Below, piece after piece: positions 19,453-28,633 of a stretch of 64,000 nt of DNA. Numbering within the stretch: the first letter of the stretch is position 1; every line of letters begins with the position of its first letter. Under the pieces are notes generated by a model. That model saw nothing but the letters and a program-made list of their open reading frames with translations, ran no database searches and had not been told where the DNA came from. Where the stretch lies: the NCBI GenBank assembly GCA_051252375.1, contig JBPOFY010000008.1, forward strand, positions 1 to 64,000. The letters are read 5' to 3'. Source of the DNA: Opitutaceae bacterium. GTDB lineage: Bacteria > Verrucomicrobiota > Verrucomicrobiia > Opitutales > Coraliomargaritaceae. Made by a program: the position numbers and the translations under genes.

Positions 19453-20946
19453 ATGGACAACGAGGAGAACAGAGCAGGCGTGATCCATACACATGATAGC
19501 GATCGCTCCAACAGCCCTCAGTGGACTGTTTGCCCTGTCTGTCATGGTGAGGGAAAAGTGACTCGTCGGCCGACAAAACGAGCACGGCTTCGCTATAATC
19601 GAGCGCTTCTGGTTGCTGAGAAAGAGCATGCTGCTACCCCACCCACGCCTCCTGCGGCACACGTGGATGACTGCGCTGATTGCCGAGGGTCGGGTCTGAC
19701 AGAATCGGCGACGGCGACTCCACCAAATACCGACTACCCGAGCATTGCCATAATAGGCGGCGGTCTAGGTGGGTTGGCTCTGGCAGTGGCGTGTCAGCAC
19801 CGCGGCATCCCCTTTACGATCTATGAACGCGATGAGCATTTTGATCAACGCGCTCAAGGTTATGGGCTGACGATGCAGCAGGCCACCAAAGCTCTTGAGG
19901 GTTTTGGTATTTCTGAGTTACAGGCAGGCATCACTTCAACCAAACATGTGGTGCATCGAACTGATGGCACCATGGTCGGTGAATGGGGGTTGAGGAAATG
20001 GGGGCGATCTGACGCGAAGGCCTCACCGAGACGGCGGAATGTGCATGTCCCTCGGCAGGCATTACGCAAAGAGCTACTTCAAGCACTGGGTGGCGATGAC
20101 AAGGTGCAATGGAGTCATCGATTGCTGGACTACCAAGCAAACGAGGGGCAACTGGATCTTAGCTTTCAGGTGGAAAGCGATGACTTGGTAAAAAAGGTCC
20201 AAGCAGATATCATTGTTGGCGCAGATGGCATCCGTAGTTCGATCAGAAAACAATTGATCGATGACGACGACTCACCGCTGCGCTATCTGGATTGTATAGT
20301 CATTTTAGGGATCTGCCCTTTAGCAAATATTGATGCATCTGTTCTACTCGACGGAGCGACGGTGTTCCAGACGGCCAATGGCAACGAACGCATTTATATG
20401 ATGCCGTATTCGCCGACTGCCATAATGTGGCAACTGAGCTTTCCATTGCCAGAAGAGGAGGCGAAAGAACTCAACCGTTTAGGACAACAAGCTCTGAAAG
20501 AAGAAGCCCTGCGCAGATGCCCTGCATGGCACGCCCCTATCCCACAAATCCTAGCAGAGACCCCCGCATCCTTGATCTCGGGCTACCCCGCCTACGACCG
20601 CGAACTCTTAACGAGTGAGCAATTACCGGCAGATTCTCACGTAACGCTTATTGGTGATGCCGCCCACCCCATGAGCCCCTTCAAAGGACAAGGAGCGAAT
20701 CAAGCATTGCTCGATGCGCTCTCATTGGCGCGAAAAGTTTATAAGGCGGGCACACCTACCGAAGGCTCTGTGACTAAGACGCTCCGTGAGTTCGAAACCG
20801 AGATGCTGACTCGAAGTGCAGCCAAAGTGAAAGCCTCGGCAGAAGCCGCACGCTTCCTACACACCGACGTCGCCATCTCTGAAGGCAACATGCCACGAGG
20901 TTCCGCAGAGGACATACCCTGCCCTGCCCCTGCATCCCCCAAATAA
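19453..20946 (+). CDS. FAD-dependent monooxygenase with N-terminal CxxCxGxG zinc finger
   Basis: IIGGGLGG, VGADGIRS, LIGDAAHPMSPFKGQGAN; CPVCHGEG and CADCRGSG. Confidence 0.9.
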   Translation: MDNEENRAGVIHTHDSDRSNSPQWTVCPVCHGEGKVTRRPTKRARLRYNRALLVAEKEHAATPPTPPAAHVDDCADCRGSGLTESATATPPNTDYPSIAIIGGGLGGLALAVACQHRGIPFTIYERDEHFDQRAQGYGLTMQQATKALEGFGISELQAGITSTKHVVHRTDGTMVGEWGLRKWGRSDAKASPRRRNVHVPRQALRKELLQALGGDDKVQWSHRLLDYQANEGQLDLSFQVESDDLVKKVQADIIVGADGIRSSIRKQLIDDDDSPLRYLDCIVILGICPLANIDASVLLDGATVFQTANGNERIYMMPYSPTAIMWQLSFPLPEEEAKELNRLGQQALKEEALRRCPAWHAPIPQILAETPASLISGYPAYDRELLTSEQLPADSHVTLIGDAAHPMSPFKGQGANQALLDALSLARKVYKAGTPTEGSVTKTLREFETEMLTRSAAKVKASAEAARFLHTDVAISEGNMPRGSAEDIPCPAPASPK

Positions 20947-20972
20947 CACTGCTACTGTTATAGCGAACCAAT

Positions 20973-21464
20973 ATGACCGACTATCTACTATTTACGGACG
21001 GTAGCGCACAGCCACAGAGCAAAGATGGATACGGCGCAGCCTTGCTCGTTGGACCAGACAGTCACTCGCTGCCACTCGAGGAACTCAGCGCACAGATCCA
21101 AATTTTTAAGTTTACTGAAACTTCATCCACTCGAGTCGAGTTGGAGACTTTGCTTCGGGCACTAGAGAATGTGCCGACTGCGTGTCGCTTACTGACCATC
21201 TATACAGACTCACAAAATATCCTAAGTCTACTCGATCGGCGGAAACGTTTAGAGGCGCAGGACTTCCAATCATTAAAAGGGAAACCGCTCAAAAATGCGG
21301 CTCTCTACCAAAGCTTCTTTGAAGCCCTCGACCGGATAGACTTTACGCTCGTCAAAGTTAAAGGACACAAGCCGACTTCGCAGCGCGATGCGATCGATCA
21401 GCGATTTAAGCTCGTCGATAGAGCGGCACGCCAAGCATGCCGCTCGGGATCAATAGCCCTCTAG
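20973..21464 (+). CDS. Ribonuclease HI family protein
   Basis: FTDGS, TRVEL, IYTDSQ, KVKGH, VDRAAR acidic catalytic pattern. Confidence 0.87.
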   Translation: MTDYLLFTDGSAQPQSKDGYGAALLVGPDSHSLPLEELSAQIQIFKFTETSSTRVELETLLRALENVPTACRLLTIYTDSQNILSLLDRRKRLEAQDFQSLKGKPLKNAALYQSFFEALDRIDFTLVKVKGHKPTSQRDAIDQRFKLVDRAARQACRSGSIAL

Positions 21465-21482
21465 AGAAAAAAAGGTGAACGT

Positions 21483-21653
21483 GAATGGCGCTAACTTAAG
21501 AAGATGTTTGGTGAAAAGCTGGAGGGTTGCGCTCCGTCGCAACCGCCGATAGTTCGAAGCATTTAGGCGTTTCTGCGGCAATGAGCGGAGCATTGCCCTC
21601 CAAATAAAGTTACAGATCTCATCTCGATAAAGTTGCTTAAGTGAGCGCCATTC
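21483..21653 (+). mobile_element. ~170-bp MITE with 18-bp terminal inverted repeats
   Basis: GAATGGCGCTAACTTAAG ... CTTAAGTGAGCGCCATTC (1 mismatch), internal REP pair, GGTGAAC on both flanks. Confidence 0.85.
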
Positions 21654-21751
21654 GGGGTGAACATTTTATTTAAATGTCCGAACCATTCAGAGTTCGGCTC
21701 ATTTAGAGTTTCCCTTGCAGGCTTAAGCAAATCGGATAAGACTTATGGGGC

Positions 21752-22642
21752 ATGGCGACTCAGAAAAAGACTCATAATCAAATAGAGATCAATGAAACTC
21801 GATTGTTGATCGACTATGGCTTCGACTTGGCGCGTAAGTTGAAAATTAAAACAGTCCTTGTGATTGGTGAGCTGGTAACCGACAGGAAGATGGTCGATAA
21901 GCACCGAGAGGACGAAAGCATCATCTGGGTCTCTCGTGACGCTGAAAAGTCGGAAGAGGACATCAAGGAAGGAGACCACTTAGTATTCATCCCGCACAGT
22001 CCAACTGAACGGATGCATCAAATATCGCTCGCACTGATACTCTCTGTAATGCACGGATACGTGAAAGAAGATGAATCGATCGTATGCCTTTTGGGTGTTT
22101 CAGGATCTAAACGCTTAGACAATTTACTCATCGCTAATCCACAACGTGATTTCGCCTGGTTCAAAGACGGTCATCGTGGAAAGAGCAAGCTACCCATCTC
22201 CCAAGAATTCATCCGACTCATCGAGATCGCTTTGAGATTTGCCAATGAGGGTCGCGAAGGGAAGTCGATCGGCACTGTGTTTTTACTCGGAGATCCTGAA
22301 GAATTAAATTCTATCGCGCGCCCCCTCATCCTAAATCCCTGTCATGGACATCCGAAAAAATCGCGCAGCATTTATGATCCCGACTTCGTGGAAACCATGC
22401 GTGAGTTCTCCGCGCTCGACGGTGGATTTTTGATTGACCGCAAAGGTGTGGTCGAAGCGGCAGGCGTTTATCTTGACGCACCCGTTACCTCGAAAGTTAA
22501 AGTCCAAAAAGGATTGGGTTCGCGCCACCTCGCGGCAGCAGCTGCGACGGCACAATCCAATTCGATTGCAATCGTCATTTCGGAATCCTCAGGAGTGGTG
22601 ACTGTATTCGCGAAAGGCTCGAAGGTTCTATCGCTCGGCTAA
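21752..22642 (+). CDS. Diadenylate cyclase (DisA_N/DAC domain, DacZ-like)
   Basis: EGREGKSIGT, ALDGGF, GLGSRHLAAA, VISESSG motifs; soluble N-terminal domain. Confidence 0.85.
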   Translation: MATQKKTHNQIEINETRLLIDYGFDLARKLKIKTVLVIGELVTDRKMVDKHREDESIIWVSRDAEKSEEDIKEGDHLVFIPHSPTERMHQISLALILSVMHGYVKEDESIVCLLGVSGSKRLDNLLIANPQRDFAWFKDGHRGKSKLPISQEFIRLIEIALRFANEGREGKSIGTVFLLGDPEELNSIARPLILNPCHGHPKKSRSIYDPDFVETMREFSALDGGFLIDRKGVVEAAGVYLDAPVTSKVKVQKGLGSRHLAAAAATAQSNSIAIVISESSGVVTVFAKGSKVLSLG

Positions 22643-22732
22643 GGTGAGAAAAAAGAGGTGAACGTTAAAATTGAATATAGTAACCATCCTAGGGAAGGAA
22701 GGACACAAAGCAGGACAGTCGACCACTCGCGC

Positions 22733-22987
22733 TCATTTCTTACGGATGAGACTTAAGAGAAACAGTAAAACAATCGAACCCACCGTCGCGGTGGCGAGCA
22801 CCCCCAGTAAGTCATTACCAAGCGAGATATCCAAAGCACGAAAAATGGAGCCACCCAAAAAGGCACCGATAATACCAACAATGATATTGCCGATAATCCC
22901 CCTTCCGCGCCCCTTTAAAATGAGGCCTGCCAGCCAACCGGCCACGCCTCCGATGAGAAGGAATCCTACGATTTCATTGATATCCAT
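22733..22987 (-). CDS. GlsB/YeaQ/YmgE family small membrane protein
   Basis: IGGVAGWLAG...GIIGNIIVGIIGAFLGG...ATVGSIVLL pattern. Confidence 0.93.
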   Translation of the reverse strand: MDINEIVGFLLIGGVAGWLAGLILKGRGRGIIGNIIVGIIGAFLGGSIFRALDISLGNDLLGVLATATVGSIVLLFLLSLIRKK

Positions 22988-23184
22988 GTTCTACCTTTTG
23001 ATTGGGGTGAGACGCTGCGAGCTGGCCGTAATGACCACTTAACAAATAGAATACTCAACGAAACCCGACTGTGCGAGCACAACTCTACAGCCATAAAGGC
23101 TCCGGTCGAAATCGAATACCCATAATAGGGTCAAACGTTTACATCAGATACAGCAACCATCCTAGGGAAAGGAGGCCACAAAGA

Positions 23185-23298
23185 GGGCGTGCCAAAATCT
23201 TGACCGTCGAAGACTACGACGCCCCCCACTGTCCAACGCAGTTTTGCAGAGCTTGCCCGTGGGTTGTCCCGTGCTGCTCGCTGAAGGAGGCGCGGATG
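23185..23298 (-). pseudogene. Decayed copy of the rsmH 3' end
   Basis: Direct repeat of 31303-31413 (IRAS.SEQH..NPRASSAKLRW) with small frameshifting insertions. Confidence 0.88.
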
Positions 23299-23380
23299 GC
23301 AAACAGAACGACATAACCCTATTGGGGGTCACATCATCTCATTGCAGTATTCGGCGAGCTGGCTGGCAGCCGGTTCGATT

Positions 23381-25198
23381 CTACATTTCATCAATTGTGA
23401 CCACGCCATCTCGGTTTCTATCGCGGCCATCAAATTGGTTGGAGTAGATGATGCCGAACTCTTCAACGGTCAGTCTGCCATTGGCATCCCGATCACCTAG
23501 GACAAACGATTCTGGGTAAGGGAACTCTTGGGCAGTCAATGTGCCGTCGCCATTGACGTCGGTGGTTGAGAAAGCACCCACAAAGAGCGTCAGATATTCC
23601 GCTTTCGACACCCTTCCGTTAGCATCGCTGTCAAGCCGGGCAAACATCTCGATCTCCTGCTGGGAAATAGCCGGTCTATTCGACGGTGCCTTCCTCGCAG
23701 CGACAACGGCTGCGTTGTGCCGGTCTTGTGAGGAAGCAATCTTACTGGCATCGGGGTCTCCCGCATCACCGCCACGCGCCTTCAGAACGGGGAACTGCTC
23801 GTCCCACCAAGTCTCATAGGCGGCGAGCAACTCGGTAACCAGCTCTGGGTGGGCAGCCGAAATATCATTTTGGCAGGCAGGATCGTCTTTCACATCAAAC
23901 AGCACCCACTGCCCTCTCGGGGTGACGCCCCAGTGATTTTGGGCGGTGCCGTTTGCATAAGTGGTGGTGGTCAATCCGCTACGGACGGCACGCATGGTCG
24001 TGCACTGGCTCATATATTCTTCGCATTTGGGGTCATTGCAGGCCTCACTGCGAACGAGCAGCTTGCTTCCTTTGCGGATGCTGCACATCGCATACTTATG
24101 CGATTCGGCCATTCCGGAGGGCCAGCGGCCCACGTGGTGGAAAAGGATGCGGCTATCGTTCGACCAGTCCTTGCCATTTAGCAACGGCAACAGGCTGTAG
24201 CCCTGCAGTTCGGACTGCACGCTTTCTGGAATCTCCACGCCCGCAAGCTCGCACAGCGTCGGAAGCACATCGAGGTGGGCGGTCAGACTGTTCAGCGTGC
24301 GTGGTTGCCACTGCCCTGGCCATTTCCAGAAGGACATGGCGCGCGTGCCGCCCTCCCAGCTGGTGGCCTTGCAGCCGCGCATGCCGGCATTGTAAACATC
24401 CAGCCCTTTGGTCACGCCATTGTCGTTGATGAACATGACAATGGTGTTCTCTTCGAGCCCGCGATCCTTAAGGAATTTTTCGATCCGCCCGAAATTCATG
24501 TCGACGTTATCGATCATCGCCATGTAGGTGGCGTGCTCATCGTTGAGGCCTTTGGCTTTGTATTTCTCGATCAGATCCTGCGGTGCATCAAGCGGCGTGT
24601 GCGGGGAAAAGGTATTGAGATACATAAACCAAGGTTGGTCGCCTGCTTCGTCAATGAACGTCATCGCCTCGTCAAAATAAACGTCTTCGCGGAATCCTTT
24701 GGTCGGGAAGTGTTTGCCGTTGCGAATCATCTCCACGTCGAAGTGCTTGCGCGGTCCCATCGCATTGGTGGAACACCAGTCGAAGCCGCGATCGGAGGGA
24801 GTATAGCCCGGCGCCTTGCCGAGGTGCCATTTGCCGATAAAGCCGGTTTTGTAACCCGCCGTCTTCAGCAAATCTGGAAGCGTCACCGCACCCTTAAAGA
24901 GATTTTCACGTGGGGCCAGCGTATGCGTCACTCCATTGCGGAACTCATGCATGCCGGTCATCAACGCCGCGCGGGTCGGTGAGCAGGAGGGACTGACATA
25001 GAAGTTATCAAACCGCACGCTCTCATCGTGCATACGATCTAGGTTCGGTGTTTCCAGAACCGGGTGACCGTGGCGAGCGAGGTCGCCGTAGCCCTGGTCG
25101 TCGGTCAGAATAAAAAGGATGTTAGGTTTTGCGGCGGCGAACGCCGCGGAACACATCCCACCAAGAACCAACATACAACAGATTGCTTTAGTCTTCAT
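23381..25198 (-). CDS. Exported S1 arylsulfatase with C-terminal EF-hand motifs
   Basis: TDDQGYGD, CSPTR, GKWH, NDNG; four DxDxDG-type loops at the C-terminus. Confidence 0.92.
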   Translation of the reverse strand: MKTKAICCMLVLGGMCSAAFAAAKPNILFILTDDQGYGDLARHGHPVLETPNLDRMHDESVRFDNFYVSPSCSPTRAALMTGMHEFRNGVTHTLAPRENLFKGAVTLPDLLKTAGYKTGFIGKWHLGKAPGYTPSDRGFDWCSTNAMGPRKHFDVEMIRNGKHFPTKGFREDVYFDEAMTFIDEAGDQPWFMYLNTFSPHTPLDAPQDLIEKYKAKGLNDEHATYMAMIDNVDMNFGRIEKFLKDRGLEENTIVMFINDNGVTKGLDVYNAGMRGCKATSWEGGTRAMSFWKWPGQWQPRTLNSLTAHLDVLPTLCELAGVEIPESVQSELQGYSLLPLLNGKDWSNDSRILFHHVGRWPSGMAESHKYAMCSIRKGSKLLVRSEACNDPKCEEYMSQCTTMRAVRSGLTTTTYANGTAQNHWGVTPRGQWVLFDVKDDPACQNDISAAHPELVTELLAAYETWWDEQFPVLKARGGDAGDPDASKIASSQDRHNAAVVAARKAPSNRPAISQQEIEMFARLDSDANGRVSKAEYLTLFVGAFSTTDVNGDGTLTAQEFPYPESFVLGDRDANGRLTVEEFGIIYSNQFDGRDRNRDGVVTIDEM

Positions 25199-25232
25199 TA
25201 TTCTTCTTCTCATATTTTGTTTTGGTAAACAG

Positions 25233-28200
25233 TTACTCACCGGATGCTTGATCGCTATTCCAGGTGATCTTGCCCTCTCTCGTCTCAGTATTCACCCAGA
25301 CCTTGGCATGTTCGAATTCACGGGTGAACTCCCAGCCATTGGACCAAGTTCTATGGAACGGGCCTTTGGGAGCGCCCAGAGGTTTATGCCATTCGGGATA
25401 GTCCATCAGCGCGCCTTCGTGCAAAGTCCAGCCCCAGCCATACATGAAATAGGAATAGGGTTGAGCGCCGATCAAATAGCAGGCCAAGGCAAACTCCGAC
25501 TTCTCTCGGGCGAGCTTAGGCACTTCCTCTTCCAACTCCTTTGGAGTCATTTTCGCGAGGGTAAAGCGGGTGACACCCTCGACGTTCATACGGAAAACGG
25601 AGATCTTTCCATGCTGCGCATTTTTCAGCATATCTCCCCACTTGATCAGCAGGTTTTCCTTGGTGACCCGAATGGGCGCATAGTTTTCAAACATGACCGC
25701 GTCACTGACGGGATACACATATTTGGCATCCGCACCATTGGCATTGTTCGCTAGCAAAATCTGGTCGGATTCCATCTCACGCTTAAGCGCTCCCACCATC
25801 TCGCCCATGACCCATTCGATCTCGGCGGACCGGGTTGGACGCTCACCGACAAAGCCATGCATCTGATCAATAAAGACTCCATCGCTCTCAGAATCTCTTA
25901 TGCCCTTGGCGGTCGTTTCAACCCACCACTCGCGGAATTCGGGGTTCAGCACATCAAAGAAGTAAATCCCCCTGCGATGACCCAACTTACCCGTTTTCGG
26001 GTTGGTGAGCAGAAACTTCTTAAGCTCGGGGTGCTTCTCGATGTTCTCTTTGGCGAGTCCCTTGTTATAAGAAGCGTAGGGCCAGGCATAAGCCGAGTTG
26101 CAGTAGAACAGCACCTTGATGTCCGGCTTGATGCTTTTGAAGGCCTGCACCTCATGCTTAGTCGCTAACTCGGTGGCCCCGAACACATTGAACGCGTGTG
26201 CTTTTTCGATGCAGATAAAGTCAGATCGCTCGGCGATGGAACGAACTTCCTCTGGAGTCAGAACCCGCTCCTTATCTTCAAACATGAAATACAGCGGTGT
26301 GGTGTCCCAACTAAACTTGGGGTAGAAGTCCTTGGGCACGAAAGTGCTCCCGTCGCTGTTGCGCATCGGGTTGCCCGCCGGCGCGACGGCTCCACCGTTT
26401 GCCGCACCAGGCGCTGAAATTCCGCTGGAGCTGCCAAGTCCTGAATAGCCACTGGAAGTCCCGAGTCCCGAGTAACCGCTGGAAGTCCCTAGTCCCGAGT
26501 AACCGCTGGAAGTCCCTAGTCCCGAGTAACCGCTGGAAGTCCCTAGTCCCGAGTAACCACTGGAAGACCCTAGCCCTGAATAACCACTGGAAGTCCCGAG
26601 CCCTGAATAGCCGCTTGAGGTTCCAAGTCCCGAGTTACCGCTGGAAGTTCCAAGCGCTGACTGGGGACGGGACGCGAGCTGGAATTCTCTCATCGCTGCA
26701 TCGCGGGCTCGCGCTGCCTCTTCGGAGGCTGACAAAGGAATCTCTCTGAACATCTCCAGCGGCGTCATGGAAGTGGCGCTGTACTTCGCCTGTTCAGTAG
26801 TACTCCCTGCCAAGGTATCGAAAGCTTGAATAGCCTCTTCGTCGTATTCATTGAGCGGGGTCAGGCGGATGGACTTGAGCTTAGCAGATGGGATATGCCC
26901 TTCCAGACAGGAAACAGCCACCTGGTATTTTCCTGGTGCCGGAAAATTCAGCCATCCGATAGGATATTCCTCATAGTTGTGCGAGGTATCCTGCTGGTTC
27001 TGGATACGCTCCCCACCCACGACTTCTACGCGCCATACCAGGCGGCCTGCGCCAGCATAGGTGAGCGCCACGTCGTAGTCACCTGGCACCAGCACATCGA
27101 CATCAAAGGTGGCTTTAGCCCCAGCCGTCCATTGTGCGGCCGGATACTCGCTGTGCCATTCCCCAAATTTTTCGACCCAACGGTCATGAAGAATTTTGAC
27201 GCCCTGAACCGTCGAGAACTCGGCGAGGATCTCCGTTCCTTCATTGAAATCGAGGCCGAAGGTCTGGTCGACGACCGGCTCACCGGTGAGTTCAACTTCG
27301 ATCACAGACACCAGTTTTTCAGGCGCGTGACGTGGAAGCTCTAGGACCGTCCATCCTTTGATGGTTGTGTGCGAAATGGAATCTGATTCTGCGCCATTTA
27401 GCAGGCGCACGGATTTGACACCGGTTTTCAGTCCGGGCAGGAACAGCTTGCCGGATTCAGGCCATTCAAAGACCGACAGGAACAGCCGGTTGTCTTTAAC
27501 GGTCACATCGCCCCAGGGCAGCGCATGCCCCCAAGGTGAAGCATCGGCGCCATAGAGCACCTGTGGATAACGGTGAAGCCAATCGCCGGCATCGCGAAGG
27601 GAACTTGCGGCGCGTTCTGGAATAGCGCCCGTGCCACTCAAACCGATATTGAGCATGTAGGAGCCGCCGCGACCGACGCAGGAGAGCAGCCGGTGCAGGA
27701 TCTCCTTCGGAGTCTTCCAGTTCTCATCATACCATGCGTATGCCCATGAGTTGTTCGTGGTATCGACACTTTCCCACATTCCCTCGACGTTTCTGTTTGG
27801 CACCTCCATGTCGCCGAGCGATTGATAGTCGCCCTTGTTGTGCCCGATACGGCCTGAAATGAGCGCTTTCGGCTGGTTCTTTCTAATGATGCCCTCCAAC
27901 CGCTGGATCTGTTCTAATGTCATACCGAAGGGCGTATCGAACCAGACAATTTCAATGGGGCCATACCGTGTCGTCAGTTCCTCGACCTGCGGCACGCACT
28001 TCTTGGCAAAGTAGTCTTCGAAGGTAGCCGGGGCGCCGTCCTCATCCACCACAGGACCTTTCGCTCCACCTGGAAAAGTCCAGTCTTGGTTATGAGAATA
28101 GTAGAAGCCTAGACCCAGACCGGCTTCGCGGCAGGCGTCGGCCAGTTCCTTCATCGGATCCCTTTTCCAGGGAGTGGCATCGACGATGTTGAAATCGTCA

Positions 28201-28610
28201 GCCTTGGAATCATACATGGCAAAGCCTTCGTGGTGCTTGGCGGTAAAGACGACGTATTTCATTCCGGCATCCTTCGCCAACTGCACGATGGCCTTGGCGT
28301 CGAAGTCGACCGGATTGAAGAATTCGCCCAGTTGCTTGTAGTCCGCTACTGGAATACCGGCCATTTTCGGATCCATGATCCACTCGCCAATGCCGTAGTG
28401 GGTCTTTCCATACACCTTATTGGCCAGGATGGAATTGAGCCCCCAATGGACAAACATCGCGTAGTTGCCCTCGTTAAACAGCTCTCCGCGTTCGGCGTCT
28501 TCAGTCCGTAGTTCCAAGATAGCTTCACCCGACCTTTCGGTGGTTTGCGCGGAATGAACACTTCCCGCCATTAGCGCGCTCGCCAAAATAAATATCAATA
28601 CTTTCATCAT
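25233..28610 (-). CDS. GH29 alpha-L-fucosidase fused via Gly/Ser repeat linker to a GH168/GHL15-like glycoside hydrolase
   Basis: MFVHWG, AKHHEGF, WFD GH29 motifs; C-terminal FYPKFSWDTTP, IEKAH, DGVFIDQMH, FTREFEHA. Confidence 0.82.
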   Translation of the reverse strand: MMKVLIFILASALMAGSVHSAQTTERSGEAILELRTEDAERGELFNEGNYAMFVHWGLNSILANKVYGKTHYGIGEWIMDPKMAGIPVADYKQLGEFFNPVDFDAKAIVQLAKDAGMKYVVFTAKHHEGFAMYDSKADDFNIVDATPWKRDPMKELADACREAGLGLGFYYSHNQDWTFPGGAKGPVVDEDGAPATFEDYFAKKCVPQVEELTTRYGPIEIVWFDTPFGMTLEQIQRLEGIIRKNQPKALISGRIGHNKGDYQSLGDMEVPNRNVEGMWESVDTTNNSWAYAWYDENWKTPKEILHRLLSCVGRGGSYMLNIGLSGTGAIPERAASSLRDAGDWLHRYPQVLYGADASPWGHALPWGDVTVKDNRLFLSVFEWPESGKLFLPGLKTGVKSVRLLNGAESDSISHTTIKGWTVLELPRHAPEKLVSVIEVELTGEPVVDQTFGLDFNEGTEILAEFSTVQGVKILHDRWVEKFGEWHSEYPAAQWTAGAKATFDVDVLVPGDYDVALTYAGAGRLVWRVEVVGGERIQNQQDTSHNYEEYPIGWLNFPAPGKYQVAVSCLEGHIPSAKLKSIRLTPLNEYDEEAIQAFDTLAGSTTEQAKYSATSMTPLEMFREIPLSASEEAARARDAAMREFQLASRPQSALGTSSGNSGLGTSSGYSGLGTSSGYSGLGSSSGYSGLGTSSGYSGLGTSSGYSGLGTSSGYSGLGTSSGYSGLGSSSGISAPGAANGGAVAPAGNPMRNSDGSTFVPKDFYPKFSWDTTPLYFMFEDKERVLTPEEVRSIAERSDFICIEKAHAFNVFGATELATKHEVQAFKSIKPDIKVLFYCNSAYAWPYASYNKGLAKENIEKHPELKKFLLTNPKTGKLGHRRGIYFFDVLNPEFREWWVETTAKGIRDSESDGVFIDQMHGFVGERPTRSAEIEWVMGEMVGALKREMESDQILLANNANGADAKYVYPVSDAVMFENYAPIRVTKENLLIKWGDMLKNAQHGKISVFRMNVEGVTRFTLAKMTPKELEEEVPKLAREKSEFALACYLIGAQPYSYFMYGWGWTLHEGALMDYPEWHKPLGAPKGPFHRTWSNGWEFTREFEHAKVWVNTETREGKITWNSDQASGE
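26415..26651 (-). repeat. 27-bp coding tandem repeat, (GTSSGYSGL) about x8.8
   Basis: Eight full units and one partial unit in the translation. Confidence 0.95.
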
Positions 28611-28633
28611 ATGTTTCAGTTACTCTTTAGTGG

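Noticed and set aside
20973..22642. Retron or CBASS-like defence module (RNase H plus nucleotide cyclase)
   Set aside because: No reverse transcriptase, CD-NTase or effector; a MITE separates the two genes.
26415..26651. CRISPR array or ice-nucleation repeat
   Set aside because: Contiguous in-frame 27-bp units with no spacers and no cas genes; the 9-aa period lacks the 16-aa TxT register of ice-nucleation proteins.
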